DNA of 62,310 nt, filler included, from Globobulimina sp. (GCA_003354225.1; 31 parts of 31 records of this genome joined end to end with filler, not necessarily neighbours in it); one strand, 5' to 3'; positions 1-11,420 are shown, counted from the first letter of the whole stretch. Program-made: numbers and translations. The notes: generated by a model from the sequence alone, not told the origin.

Positions 1-720
1 TTTAAAATTATCTGAATTTCAAAGAAAAGATGGGGTAAACTTTCCCGTTGAAGTTTCATTGTTTGGATTAAATGACTTATGATCGGCATTTAATTGTTGC
101 ACATCCAATGCACTGGAATGTCCATAATACAAATATGAATTCCCGGCGTTACTTTTAGGATCAACAAATGCCATCGGATCTAGGTTGGCTGTTTAATGCA
201 TCTCGGAATGGGCCGACTGGATTGGTTGCACTGGCAACCCCAACACATAATGTGTTCTCTGAGTTAAATGCAGTAAAATACATAAAAAATTGTCCGCTTT
301 CATATTCCATGACATGAGGTGCCCTGTTATTTATATATAAGTAAAGTGTTTTTGTGTGATGTGTAAAAAATGCGATTATGCAAAGTGCAAACCATGTATC
401 ATGAGCTATCCAGGATGGTTTTGTTGGCATGGCTTCTCCGATATAGTTCCAACTGCATGCATCTGTTGAGCTGGCAACTTGTATATTATGACCATTGCCT
501 TGTGTTGCATAAATATAAAATGTTCCACTTGCAGCTCGCAAGATACATGGATCTAAAGTGTGGAAATTATTATTAAAGAATCTCTTATATTCTGGTCACG
601 ACACATATAGAATTATAGATTTAAACCTGGAAAATCCCGATTGATGATTGGATTCGTGAAATAAGCTCCAATCGATACTTCTATTATAGACAAAATTGCG
701 GTGATGGTTACTAAAGACAT
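1..720 (-). CDS. Secreted glycoside hydrolase family 43 (xylosidase/arabinosidase-like), 3'-truncated, with an internal frameshift near 180
   Basis: ATG at 720 with signal peptide; introns 626-553 and 392-324 restore NPIINRDFPDP..YIYAT and TWAPHV..YFTA..CVGVA..PVGPF; DPMAFVDP..YLYYG continues in a shifted frame. Confidence 0.8.
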
Positions 721-825
721 GGTCAAAAATCCGTACTTCAGTTGCTTGAAAGAGGAAAGTTAAAAGTTAAAGTGGAAAAAAGATAAAGATAAAGATAAAG
801 ATACAATGCAAAAATCACAATGCAA

Positions 826-1863
826 TCAATATTGTACAACATCACCCAACACAACACATGCATCTCCAATCTCAGATGTTATAAGTCCGTATTGGATATT
901 ATGTGTTTTATCTGCACCAAATATATGATCGTTCAATGTTTCTTTTAAACCTATTTTATTTTTTCTCTGTGATGATATATTCAAACATCCATTGACAATC
1001 ACCAACAATGACGCACTTACGGTCCAAATGGTTGTTATATTTAAAAACTCCATATTTAAATTGATGAATGTATTTGTTATAACAATAATTAATATAAATA
1101 ATGATTGGAATGCAACTTCAATAAATAATGATAAATTGAATAAATAATAATTATTTATTTCTGGTGTTATTTTATTCAATGAATGATTAGAATCATTCGA
1201 CTCAGTACTCGTAGTATTATTTGATAGCGATGCGGATGAATCTGAATTATTGTATGAAAATTTAATACCAACACAATATTGGCAATAATGACGAATAAAT
1301 AATTCCATTTGAGCTAATTTGCCGTAATACATTAACCAAATCACAATCCAATAATGTACGTATCGCAAAATTAAATATATGGTCAAAATAATCAATTTAA
1401 ATAATAATTCAATGCAATATAATAAGACCGACATTGATAAAAATATTAATTTTATCATTGTGTGTATGGCTCGAAAATACCAATAATAATACACATTGGG
1501 GTCACATTGTTTATTTCTATTTTTATTTTTTAACTGTGTCAAAGATTCATTCCATACAATTTGACCATTTCCATATTTATAAACCACGGATGCAAATAAT
1601 ATAAATGTTGAATTCCAATCAATTATTTTTAAAAACCAATAAGAAAGAATTGATTTATAATATGATATGGATAAAGTAAAATATTTATGAAATGTATAGA
1701 ATATTAATACTGGGATTACGCCAATCACACTGCCACTAATAATGGTAAACATAATATTCATTTTTGACGTATAAAACATATAAATAATGAATGATATTAA
1801 ACCATTGTATGACAATAACATTGTCAAAATTAATTGTATTCTCTTTCGAAATAAGGTGAACAT
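826..1863 (-). CDS. Multi-pass membrane protein, unknown function (5' end uncertain)
   Basis: 345-aa ORF with several hydrophobic segments. Confidence 0.5.
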   Translation of the reverse strand: MFTLFRKRIQLILTMLLSYNGLISFIIYMFYTSKMNIMFTIISGSVIGVIPVLIFYTFHKYFTLSISYYKSILSYWFLKIIDWNSTFILFASVVYKYGNGQIVWNESLTQLKNKNRNKQCDPNVYYYWYFRAIHTMIKLIFLSMSVLLYCIELLFKLIILTIYLILRYVHYWIVIWLMYYGKLAQMELFIRHYCQYCVGIKFSYNNSDSSASLSNNTTSTESNDSNHSLNKITPEINNYYLFNLSLFIEVAFQSLFILIIVITNTFINLNMEFLNITTIWTVSASLLVIVNGCLNISSQRKNKIGLKETLNDHIFGADKTHNIQYGLITSEIGDACVVLGDVVQY

Positions 1864-1915
1864 AATTGAATTATTTATCTTTTTATAGTGACATAAATAG
1901 TAAATAAAATAAATA

Positions 1916-2015
1916 NNNNNNNNNNNNNNNNNNNNNNNNNNNNNNNNNNNNNNNNNNNNTTAATTAATTAANNNNNNNNNNNNNNNNNNNNNNNNNNNNN
2001 NNNNNNNNNNNNNNN
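1916..2015. other. Artificial contig linker N44-TTAATTAATTAA-N44 (first of 30; recurs about every 2012-2015 bp, last at 60299-60398)
   Basis: Identical 100-bp block with stops in all six frames; the flanking segments decrease monotonically from 1915 to 1912 bp. Confidence 0.99.
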
Positions 2016-2674
2016 CATACATTGGATTTGCATTCCATTCTGTAAATTCGTTGTTGATGATATTCATATTGTATTCATTGTTGTCATTTATCTCTTTGTG
2101 TCCATGCTGTGATGACTGCGATGTTGCAATTGACACATCCAAGTTTGCTGCAGCTGTGGCGGTGGCCATGATAAGGCAGTCAAGCCAGTATGAAAAGTTC
2201 TAGTACTCAAAAAAACAACTTTTTCGCAACTGTGCATGGTGTTTGCGGACGAATTGATTCAAAAACACGAATTGCTAATTAATTCGATATCGACAGATTA
2301 TATATACATATACAACTAAACAAATATAGTAACTCCAAACTAAGGCAAACTTATTTAAACTGAGGGTATGTACAGTACACCGTCCTGCATTAAAAGCGTT
2401 AACTTTGCGACAAATAGATTCAGAAACACGAATATCGATTGGTAGTGTCTAGCCAATTAATTAATGGCGAAATCATTGACATTAATTGATTTAGAGGATT
2501 TCAGTTATAAAAACAACATAAAAGTGACTATTAAAGGTGATAAGTTAAAGTGAACTTTAAAGGTGAATTTGCTCAGTTTTTGAAAGGAAAACTAGATTTT
2601 AGGCAGCTGAAAAAACGCATAATCGCAATTGTTTAAATAATAATTCTTGTTTGAATCACAAAATAACTCTTAAA

Positions 2675-3673
2675 ATGTCCCGAAGAAGCGCCAGATTACA
2701 AGCTAGAAACCGCAGCAGTAACCATCTACCACCAAATATTCCATCCCCATCGCCAGAGGCATCAGCATCACCTGATCTAACACCAGAAAGAGTTGATGAG
2801 AGTCTTTATCCTCGCCGTGAGTTACCACTTCCACCTCCTGTACCAGCCAATGACGCAAACGTCCACCATGAAGTACCACCCAATGATAAAAATGTCCAAC
2901 CACCTGAAGATGAAAAGGATGAAAACAAAAATAACGGTAATGATCAGATACGTGGAGCTATAGCTCAAAGAAATAGAGGTAGAGCTTTAGCTGGTGTGTT
3001 TTTAACAGTATTCCAATGCGATTAACAATTTTGAAAAACGATTCATTCCAAAAGTTATTTTATTTTTTTTCGAATTTGATTTACATCTAAAATTAACTGT
3101 TTGCAGTTTCAAAAAGTTTGCACACAAACAAAACTTTCTGGTGTTGTTGCATATTGGGATAGAGCATCATTGGGGTTGGGGAAGCATTGGGAATTAGTAA
3201 TAAGTCGTGATTTAGAATGGGCAATGATGGATGATGTATTGTCATTATTACAATATTCATTTGAAATTTATTATTCGGCGTTGATCGAAAGATGCAGCGC
3301 AAGGATACCAACCAATATTTCATTATCCGCGAGAGATGATCAACCATCAGATATTATGGATAATAATGATGCTTTTGCTGGCGATGCAATCCACGATGAT
3401 GAAGGAAGGGCAGTTTTACGTGATTCTGCAGCTAGTATCTTATTACAAACATACAGAATGAACACGGAATTGGGATGCAAATATGAAAATATATTAGCAA
3501 AGAAACTTCGAATTGCTGGCAGAAATGAATTATATCGAACATTAAATATTGAACCACAAAATATCCCACAATTACCTGCTTCTGTTGATGTAGACAATGA
3601 TGCGATAGCACCTGAACCTATTTGGGATTTTCATAGTCGTATTGTGGTACAAAATAATCACAATCAACAATAA
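2675..3673 (+). CDS. Hypothetical protein with a Pro-rich disordered N-terminus; two exons (intron about 2996-3106)
   Basis: Two ORFs separated by an AT-rich stretch ending ttgcag; donor position uncertain. Confidence 0.5.
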
Positions 3674-3724
3674 AAAAATTGATTTCTAATTCTAAAAAAA
3701 TGATTTATAATTTGCTTTGAATTA

Positions 3725-3930
3725 TTCTCGCCGCTTAATACGGCATCAACTCATTCTTCGCCGCTTTAATGTATTGCGGCAATGACTCTTTCTTCGCCGC
3801 TTTAATGTATTGCGGCATTGACTCTTTCTTCGCCGCTTTAATGTATTGCGGCAATGACTCATTCTTCGCCGCTTTAATGTATTGCGGCAATGACTCTTTC
3901 TTCGCCGCTTTAATGTATTGCGGCAATGAA
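3725..3930. repeat. 36-bp tandem repeat (ttcttcgccgctttaatgtattgcggcaatgactcw), about 5 copies plus one degenerate copy, running off the contig end
   Basis: Units start at 3754, 3790, 3826, 3862 and 3898; internal GCCGC/GCGGC inverted repeat. Confidence 0.95.
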
Positions 3931-4030
3931 NNNNNNNNNNNNNNNNNNNNNNNNNNNNNNNNNNNNNNNNNNNNTTAATTAATTAANNNNNNNNNNNNNN
4001 NNNNNNNNNNNNNNNNNNNNNNNNNNNNNN

Positions 4031-4711
4031 GCCATTCCTGGATTGAGCCACTTGTTCTAATAAATGCTTTGGATACGACTCACTGCGCGATTTTATTTTG
4101 CTTTGCAACGTCCAAATCGCATATTCTGGCAATAGTTGGTATGGATCGAATGAGTGCAAATGCGGCCAATTATCGCTGCGGACCACAAATATGGAATATC
4201 CATCGTTTTGTAGCGTGGACAAAAAGGCGGACAAATAGAAATTTGAGATGGTGGTAGCCACAGCTTTGGTTTCTGGTAAACCTGATAAGGAATTCAAGTC
4301 ATACCACAGGCCGCCAATACGGCGGATCGCGAACCAATGTGCTTGTAAGTTACAGATGAAACCTTGTTCCTTCTCTGGGTGTTTTTGCGCTTCTTTCACG
4401 TGCTCATGCCCGAAATGATAGATTTTCAAAGTTAAATTGCTGAGGGCACGACGCAAGACTTGGATGCTAAAATTGCCATCGTCAGAGACGTTTTGGGACT
4501 GTGGGTTGTGCTTCAACCATTCAATTAAACCGCCATTGACATCGCCGTCTTGGGTTAATAATGCTTGTTCTTCTTTGTCTAAAGCCAATGCGATTTGGGA
4601 TAGGTCAAATTCTGTGAAATATGGTCCTTGGAGTAGGTTATTTAGACAGTGGCGGGCGCAGAGTTGAGAGGATTGGTGTTCATGGTATATCCGTAAAGGT
4701 TCATACTGCAT
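4031..4711 (-). CDS. ATXN3: Josephin-domain deubiquitinase (ataxin-3-like), 3'-truncated
   Basis: IYHEHQ..LCARHCLNNLLQG, GNFSIQVL, HWFAIRRIGGLWYDLNS; catalytic C/H/N present. Confidence 0.92.
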
Positions 4712-4848
4712 GTTATTGTGCTTTATGTTGCTTTCACACCAGTGATACCACGAAGGTATTTACTATTAAAAGATTAAAAAAATTCTTGAGATAAAATACT
4801 ACGCTCTACCATCCTCCACCTTGTCTCACATATTTTGAAAACGTCATA

Positions 4849-5945
4849 ATGGGCATTGGTGCATCTGAAGAAGAATGGAAAGGATATAATTCCAAATTAT
4901 TAAAAGACACAAAAGAGCAAACCATACCCATCGAGAACACAGAAGAAAAAGGAGCCACCGCTATTCGTCGCCATCCATCTGCAAAAGATGACTTTTTAAT
5001 GTTTCTAACCGACGAAGATGTAAAAGTAGAGATGGATTCTGGTTGGATGGTTGCAAAAGTCTCATTCGATAAATATCCCAATCGAAAAGCCTTTGGTTAT
5101 CGACCATTCTTAGAACCTCAAAAAGATATTTCGCAGCGCGGAACCTATAAATTTGATACTTTTGAAACCGTTGCCAAACAAGTTTATGCCGCCGGAAATG
5201 GTATGTTATATATATAATGCATTAAAATTAGATTATAAGAAACATCCTGTAAATCAACAAAAAAACACAGGCTTAGCATCGTTATCATTGGGCGAGCATG
5301 CAAATATTGGCATTTTTAGTATCAATCGTAGTGAATGGATGACCGTCCATTTAGCAAACTGGTCGCAGTCATATCGCACTGTAGCATTATATGACACATT
5401 GGGCGCGAAAGCCGTACAATACATCCTATGGCATTCAGAGATCTCGGCCATTTACGTGGAAAAAAATAAATTACCACAGTTATTTGAAGCGATTTCATTA
5501 TGCAAAGATAAGGAATTAAAATTAAAATATATCATTCAATTTGATTATCAAAGCAAATACAACAATAAACATGAGACCATATCCGATGATGATGTCAAAA
5601 CAGCACAGGAATTTGGCATCGAATTGATTGCTTTTAATGCATTAATGGACAAAGGTGGTGATAAAACAGATTGTGTGGCCCCAAAACCGAGTGACTTAGC
5701 ATATATTATGTACACCTCCGGCACCACTGGGGACCCTAAGGGAGTGATGTTGACACATCAATGCTTTGCCTGTACGGTTGGCTCTACTTTTCGATATTTA
5801 GACAGTTCGGGGTTGAAATTAACTGTCGAGGACTGCCATGTCTCCTATTTACCATTAGCGCACTCATTGGAGTCTGCATTTATTATTTTATGTTTAGCGG
5901 GGGGCGCACACATTGCATTTTGGGCTGGTAATATTAAAACCATTG
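4849..5945 (+). CDS. Long-chain acyl-CoA synthetase, 3'-truncated; intron 5201-5270
   Basis: LYDTLG, YTSGTTGDPKG AMP-binding motif, SYLPLAH. Confidence 0.92.
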
Positions 5946-6107
5946 NNNNNNNNNNNNNNNNNNNNNNNNNNNNNNNNNNNNNNNNNNNNTTAATTAATTA
6001 ANNNNNNNNNNNNNNNNNNNNNNNNNNNNNNNNNNNNNNNNNNNNTCAGTGGACTGATTATACGCGGTTATCTTGGCTATTTGCATAAGCAGAATATAAA
6101 AAAAGCA

Positions 6108-6204
6108 GGGATCAGAGAGTTATGCGTTTATTGCTGCGACCAGTGAAGAAAGGGACAGATGGGTCGATGCTATTCACGCTAGGAAAAAAATTGAAAAACT
6201 ATGA
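6108..6204 (+). CDS. 3' end of a PH-domain protein
   Basis: SYAFIAATSEERDRWVDAI matches the PH last strand plus C-terminal helix. Confidence 0.55.
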
Positions 6205-6297
6205 CTTTTTGAAATATTGTTCATTATTTATAATTATTCTTGAAATGTACGTATACAAAACATACATTATGAGGTACTAGGTCTTGTACGTATATGA

Positions 6298-6410
6298 TTC
6301 GAATACTAGGTCAACTTCTAATACTAGGTTGAAAACCACTCTAGCTAACCCAAAAACCTTGCCAATCACAAAAGAAGTGTTTAGAAGTGTGAACCTAAAA
6401 AGTCAACTGG
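6298..6410 (+). repeat. Dispersed non-coding repeat, copy 1 (copy 2 at 8061-8161)
   Basis: Shared aaaaccactcta.ctaa.ccaaaaaccttgccaatcacaaaagaagtgtttagaagt...cctaaaaagtcaactg. Confidence 0.9.
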
Positions 6411-6526
6411 GTTTGCAACCTGTTTTTTATAGGACTGGTCCAACAGCCGCATCATTTTTTGCATTTTCATTTTTGTACTTAAAAAAAAAAGTTTTGTCAC
6501 TCCCACAAGTTGCTGTTAATTCAATA

Positions 6527-7909
6527 ATGCAAAAATTAGGCTCTCTCAGAAACATAGTCGAAGGTAAACTCAATTCTATCTCAAGCAATATCCAAACACA
6601 ATCAACAAACACACAGCGAATGAATCAACAGACGAAAACACTTCCAATCCGGATCCCGCAAATGAACCACCCACAAATCATTCTGTTCCATGGCATAATT
6701 TTACACTAAAACAATTATTACAAATTTCCAAACAAAATCAATGGAATGATGTCAATAAAGACATAACTGCGTTAATTTTATCATTATCAAAATATAACCC
6801 AACAAAACCCCAACAGATGGTCATTGACACTAAAACAGAGCAAAAAACTGACACCGAATCAGATGAAAAGGTTCGATGGCAACAACCCGAAATTGTATCA
6901 TATTTACGCGAAGAGTTAGCATGTGACATATGTTTGGATTGTTATATAGAACCATTGACATTAAGTTGTGGCCACACTTTCTGTCGTCTTTGCGTCATAC
7001 AAATAAACAGTAAATGCGAGAAAAAATGTCCACTTTGCAAGACATGTTCGCATATTGACCCAGCATTACATTCACACAATGTCGTCATCCAAAATTGTGT
7101 AAAAAAAATATTTCCACACAAAAGTATCACGCAACGCACAGAACATTTAAATGAAGAAAAGGAAAATCTAAAAAGAAACATACCAGTTTTTATATTGAAT
7201 CTAGTGCGTTTTCCCGGAATGCTGTTAGATTTACATTTATTTGAACCACGTTATTTACATATGATTAATCGCGCAATTTCCAGCGGGAATAAGTTTGCAT
7301 ATTTATCGACAAAAATGAATAGTTCTGCTGGACAGGAACCATGTGATAATGCTATGTGTTGTGTGTATTCATCCAATTTAAACATAAATATACTGAATAA
7401 CTTAGGACGTTGCTACTTTGGTAAAAATCAAAGAATGTCAGTTTTTAGCAGATGGCAGGTGTTTAATGCAAGGCCTTGTTGAGGACAGAATTGTTGTGAC
7501 TTGCAGTTGGGTCGAAAGAGGGACGCAGGGCCTATGGTACATTAAATACGCGGACTATACGGACAATGAGTTGGTTGCAATGGAGAACAATGATGGAAAT
7601 AATAAGTTGGATTTGATTGATGCGGATCATTTAGAAGCAATAGATAAATTTGTGAATTATGTGTATGGTCAATCAAATGCAACAATTCGATCGGTTGAAA
7701 ATGAATGTGGAGCGCGAGTCAATTTACGTGAAACAAATGTGGAACAATGGTCGTTTTGGATATGTTCGTTGACTTATACTGTTATGAAAAATAATGTATC
7801 TCGATCGTGGATTAAGAACCAATTGCATTCACAGGATACACTCGAACGGATACAATCTTGTTTTGATGTATTAAAAGGACACTCTGATCAATGGTGTACA
7901 CCATATTAG
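6527..7909 (+). CDS. RING finger plus LON peptidase N-terminal domain protein (LONRF-like); introns 6564-6616 and one ending at 7405
   Basis: C3HC4 RING (CDIC..CGHTFCRLC..CPLC) and FPG..LDLHLFEPRYLHMINRA. Confidence 0.88.
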
Positions 7910-8060
7910 CATGCTTTTGATTGTAGCTTTGAGACTTTGTTTGTTTAATGCGTTGGGAGCNNNNNNNNNNNNNNNNNNNNNNNNNNNNNNNNNNNNNNNN
8001 NNNNTTAATTAATTAANNNNNNNNNNNNNNNNNNNNNNNNNNNNNNNNNNNNNNNNNNNN

Positions 8061-8161
8061 TCGAATACTAGTATTCAAAGTTAAAAACCACTCTAACTAA
8101 GCCAAAAACCTTGCCAATCACAAAAGAAGTGTTTAGAAGTTTAAGCCTAAAAAGTCAACTG
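8061..8161 (+). repeat. Dispersed non-coding repeat, copy 2, at the contig start
   Basis: Near-identical to 6298-6410. Confidence 0.9.
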
Positions 8162-8466
8162 TCCTTATCATGACATTTTTTTCCTTATCATGACCAACCA
8201 ACATTTGAAAACTCTGAAAAAAAGTGTTGTCGTTAATTATTTTTATTTGCATTCAGTATGTTGCCTATACAGATATTGTAATAGTATTTTACCAGTATTC
8301 AGTAAAATCGAGACTGGGTAACGTGTTTCCAAAAACAAAGTTTGAAACACGTTACACAGTCAAGATCCAACTGAATATGGGTACAATATTTTACCCAAAA
8401 AAAGACCCTACAGTGAATCCATCGGAGCATTGTAATAAAAAATAATATTCCCGTGATATTTTTGAA

Positions 8467-8730
8467 GGCGACGCAGTCGCCTCATCTATGGATATTAAGA
8501 TGTTTATTTTGTATCTATGGGCGGCGACGCAGTCGCCTCATCTATGGATATAGACATTATTTATGGTATATATGCGCGGCGACGGAGTCGCCTCATTGAT
8601 TGATACCGAATTTATTATGGTATCTATGGCGGCGACGAAGTCGCCTCATCGATGGGAATAGACATTATTTATGGTATACATGCGCGGCGACGGAGTCGCC
8701 TCATAGAGCGATGCCGATTTTAATATGGTT
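8467..8730. repeat. Degenerate 53-56 bp minisatellite with a palindromic GGCGAC-N3-GTCGCC core, 5 units
   Basis: Cores at 8467, 8523, 8578, 8631 and 8686, each followed by tcat. Confidence 0.92.
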
Positions 8731-8742
8731 AAGGGATTTTTT

Positions 8743-8795
8743 GTGATGATAGCTCAATGCGAGCATCTGTCCAAATCCCAATCATCACATTTTTT
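8743..8795 (+). pseudogene. tRNA-derived remnant with internal deletion
   Basis: GTGATGA/TCATCAC acceptor-like stem, TAGCTC..GAGC D-arm, partial T-arm, trailing T6. Confidence 0.55.
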
Positions 8796-9068
8796 GATTA
8801 TCCCATGAGGCATTACATTTTTGTTTGTTTTATATAATGTTTTATGTTTTTTGTTTGTTTTGTGTTTCTATTTTACTCCACTAAGTGACGTAAAAGTGTT
8901 TTTCGTTTCTGTTTTACTGCACTAAGTCTAGTAATGGGTCCAAAATGAGTGGGGTAAATCGAGTTTTACTGGCCTTTTTTGGGTAAAAAAAAACACAAAT
9001 TACAAACGGAATTCCACACTCACAAAACACAAACACAATCACAAGCACACGCAAAACAACATGTACAT

Positions 9069-9974
9069 TTATGAAAATCCACCAATTGACAAATTTTTCC
9101 TAATTACAATATTTTGACAATCCCAAAATACCTTTTCTACGTTATTTCTATCCGTAGCATTTGTAATATGCGTAAATATTTTTTTATTTTCATTCTGTCT
9201 TTGTTGATAATATGCATTTGCAATAAAATCAGTTTGTGCCCTACAACAATCCTCAAACCATTCGTTGTTACCATCACATTCATACAAAGGCCCATTATAT
9301 GCTTCGCCATTCCATCCATTCTCTTTACTAAAACAATGACCAATATTTAGAAAATCCATCAGTTTCTGTTGAAATAAATCACTTTTATTCAAGAATAATA
9401 TCATAGCGGTTCGTTTAAACCATTTGCTGTTACAAATCTCTTTAAACAATGATATCGATTCTTGCATTGCATTTTGTCCCTCGTCCTCAAAGCAAACCGC
9501 ATCAAAATGCGACAACGCCGCCACATAAATGACTGCAGTCACACCTTCAAAGGAATGGATCCATTTTTTGCGTTCATTGCGTTGTCCGCCAACATCATAT
9601 ATATTAAAAAATAAATCTTTTATTTCATACGTAATTTCCACCATTCCTGTTGTGCGTATTCTGCATTTTAACACATCTTCATGTGATGGATAAAAATCTT
9701 CTGCAAAAATAATTTTTGATTTATCAAAAAAATATTCCATATTATCTGCAAACGAAAATTTTGTACCACGCTCATTGAAGGTTGCACGGAGTGCATCCAC
9801 TTTTTTCCATAAATAATAAATGGATTCACCTGTGGTGTATATTCGTATTGTAACAAAAATGTATAATTAATAACGAATACTACGGACACGTACCCAATTT
9901 CTGTATTTTTTGCCAGTTTGCATATTCTAAATGTTCAAATGTTTCGTGTCTGAATTCTAAAATGATTGCTATGC
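9069..9974 (-). CDS. Heterotrimeric G protein alpha subunit, 5'-truncated; intron 9893-9830
   Basis: RIRTTG, DVGGQRNERKKW, FLNKSD, TNATD. Confidence 0.95.
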
Positions 9975-10085
9975 NNNNNNNNNNNNNNNNNNNNNNNNNN
10001 NNNNNNNNNNNNNNNNNNTTAATTAATTAANNNNNNNNNNNNNNNNNNNNNNNNNNNNNNNNNNNNNNNNNNNNAAAAAACTTAC

Positions 10086-10375
10086 TCATTTTTGCAGAGA
10101 AGTTCGCAAAAAGTTTCATCCAGTAGATTGACCTCGAGTAAGTGCCCATCAAAAGCCATCGATACAACTGGGTGTGGGTACGTCTGATGAAGTTCTCCCA
10201 CATCGGAATTGAAAGCCAATTGTTCTCTGAATTCGTTCAGATCGCCACCCGCAAACTTAAGAGTTTTGCCATTGGGATGAATGAACAGGGCGTGGGGAGT
10301 GATTTTTCCATCTTCCAAGTATAAAAACATCAAAGCTTCTGAACCTCCAATCGAAAAGCACTTCGATATAGCCAT
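10086..10375 (-). CDS. Orphan protein, exon 1 (paralog of 10614-11101); truncated in its intron
   Basis: MAISKCFSIGGSE...CELLCKNE followed by GTAAGT. Confidence 0.7.
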
Positions 10376-10613
10376 GATCCTTATTATTATGAAATTTGAC
10401 AACAACGAGTTTCTATATATATACGAGAGAAAGTCACCCAATTTGGTGGTGATTTTTTGGTAAAAACTTGTTCATTCCTCACGTACAAACAGGATTTTTA
10501 AAACGGGAGGGTCACAGTAAAAGTTGATGATCTTACGCGAGGGTCAGGTGCAAATTGTATGATTTGGTGATCTATATAAATGCGCTCTGTCTAAGTAAAA
10601 TCATTCAAAGATT

Positions 10614-11101
10614 ATGGCTGTTTCAAAATGCTTCAATGTGATGGGTTCAGAAACCCAGCTCTTCCTTTACAGGGAGAAAGGGCAATCTGCGCCCAGTGTG
10701 ACGATTTCCCCACCAACTGGCAAAGGAGCGACTATGGACAAGTATGACGCAGATGAGTTTGCTCAAGAGTTACATTTCGCAAGTGACGAGTCGGAGCACG
10801 AAGAATACCCATGGCATGCGTCAACTATCGACCTCAGACAATATGAATTGAAAATTGTGATGTTGAACGAGTGTAAATGCGAGTTAATTTACAAAGAAAA
10901 GTATGGTTTTATCATTTCCAGCACAAAAATATATAATTTGTTTGCAGATCAAAAGAGCAGGAAGTGTTCAGAGCGGTTTTTGACCTTCAGAAGTTAAACG
11001 AAGCTTTGGGTCTCCTAATGTGTGACAGTTTATGGCCGGACGATTCTGATGACGGTGACACAGACGAATTGGAATCTTGCAGTCAAAGTCAAAGAATTTG
11101 A
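10614..11101 (+). CDS. Orphan protein with an acidic tail; intron 10901-10947
   Basis: MAVSKCFNVMGSE...CELIYKEK|SKEQEVF...; TATATAAA upstream and AATAAA downstream. Confidence 0.72.
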
Positions 11102-11420
11102 TTAATTATTGCGGTGATAAAAAATAGGTTGTAATGTAATTAATAAACTCAACTGTTTGTTATTACGAATGTACACGGAAGAGAATGGCAAAATTAAACA
11201 GCGTTTAAAAATGAAAACAAGTTTTTCTACTCGACAATAGTAGTTTTTTTGAAAGTCGATCGCATAACCGATGGCAAATTAATCGTTGGTTCACTATGCA
11301 AAGTATGAACACACACCCGGTACAAAGAATAAATGCATGACTAAAGAAAACGAAACAAATCATGCGTAAAAGTCGACTTAAAACATATGCATTTCTCATC
11401 CAAAATTAGTTGCCTCTCTT

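Noticed and set aside
3725-3930. CRISPR array, or the repeat-peptide ORFs 3735-3926 and 3769-3978
   Set aside because: Head-to-tail units with no spacers; the ORFs are a by-product of a 36-bp unit
8467-8730. CRISPR array (palindromic repeat plus variable spacers)
   Set aside because: The linkers are homologous to one another, the core is only about 19 bp, there are no cas genes, and the context is eukaryotic
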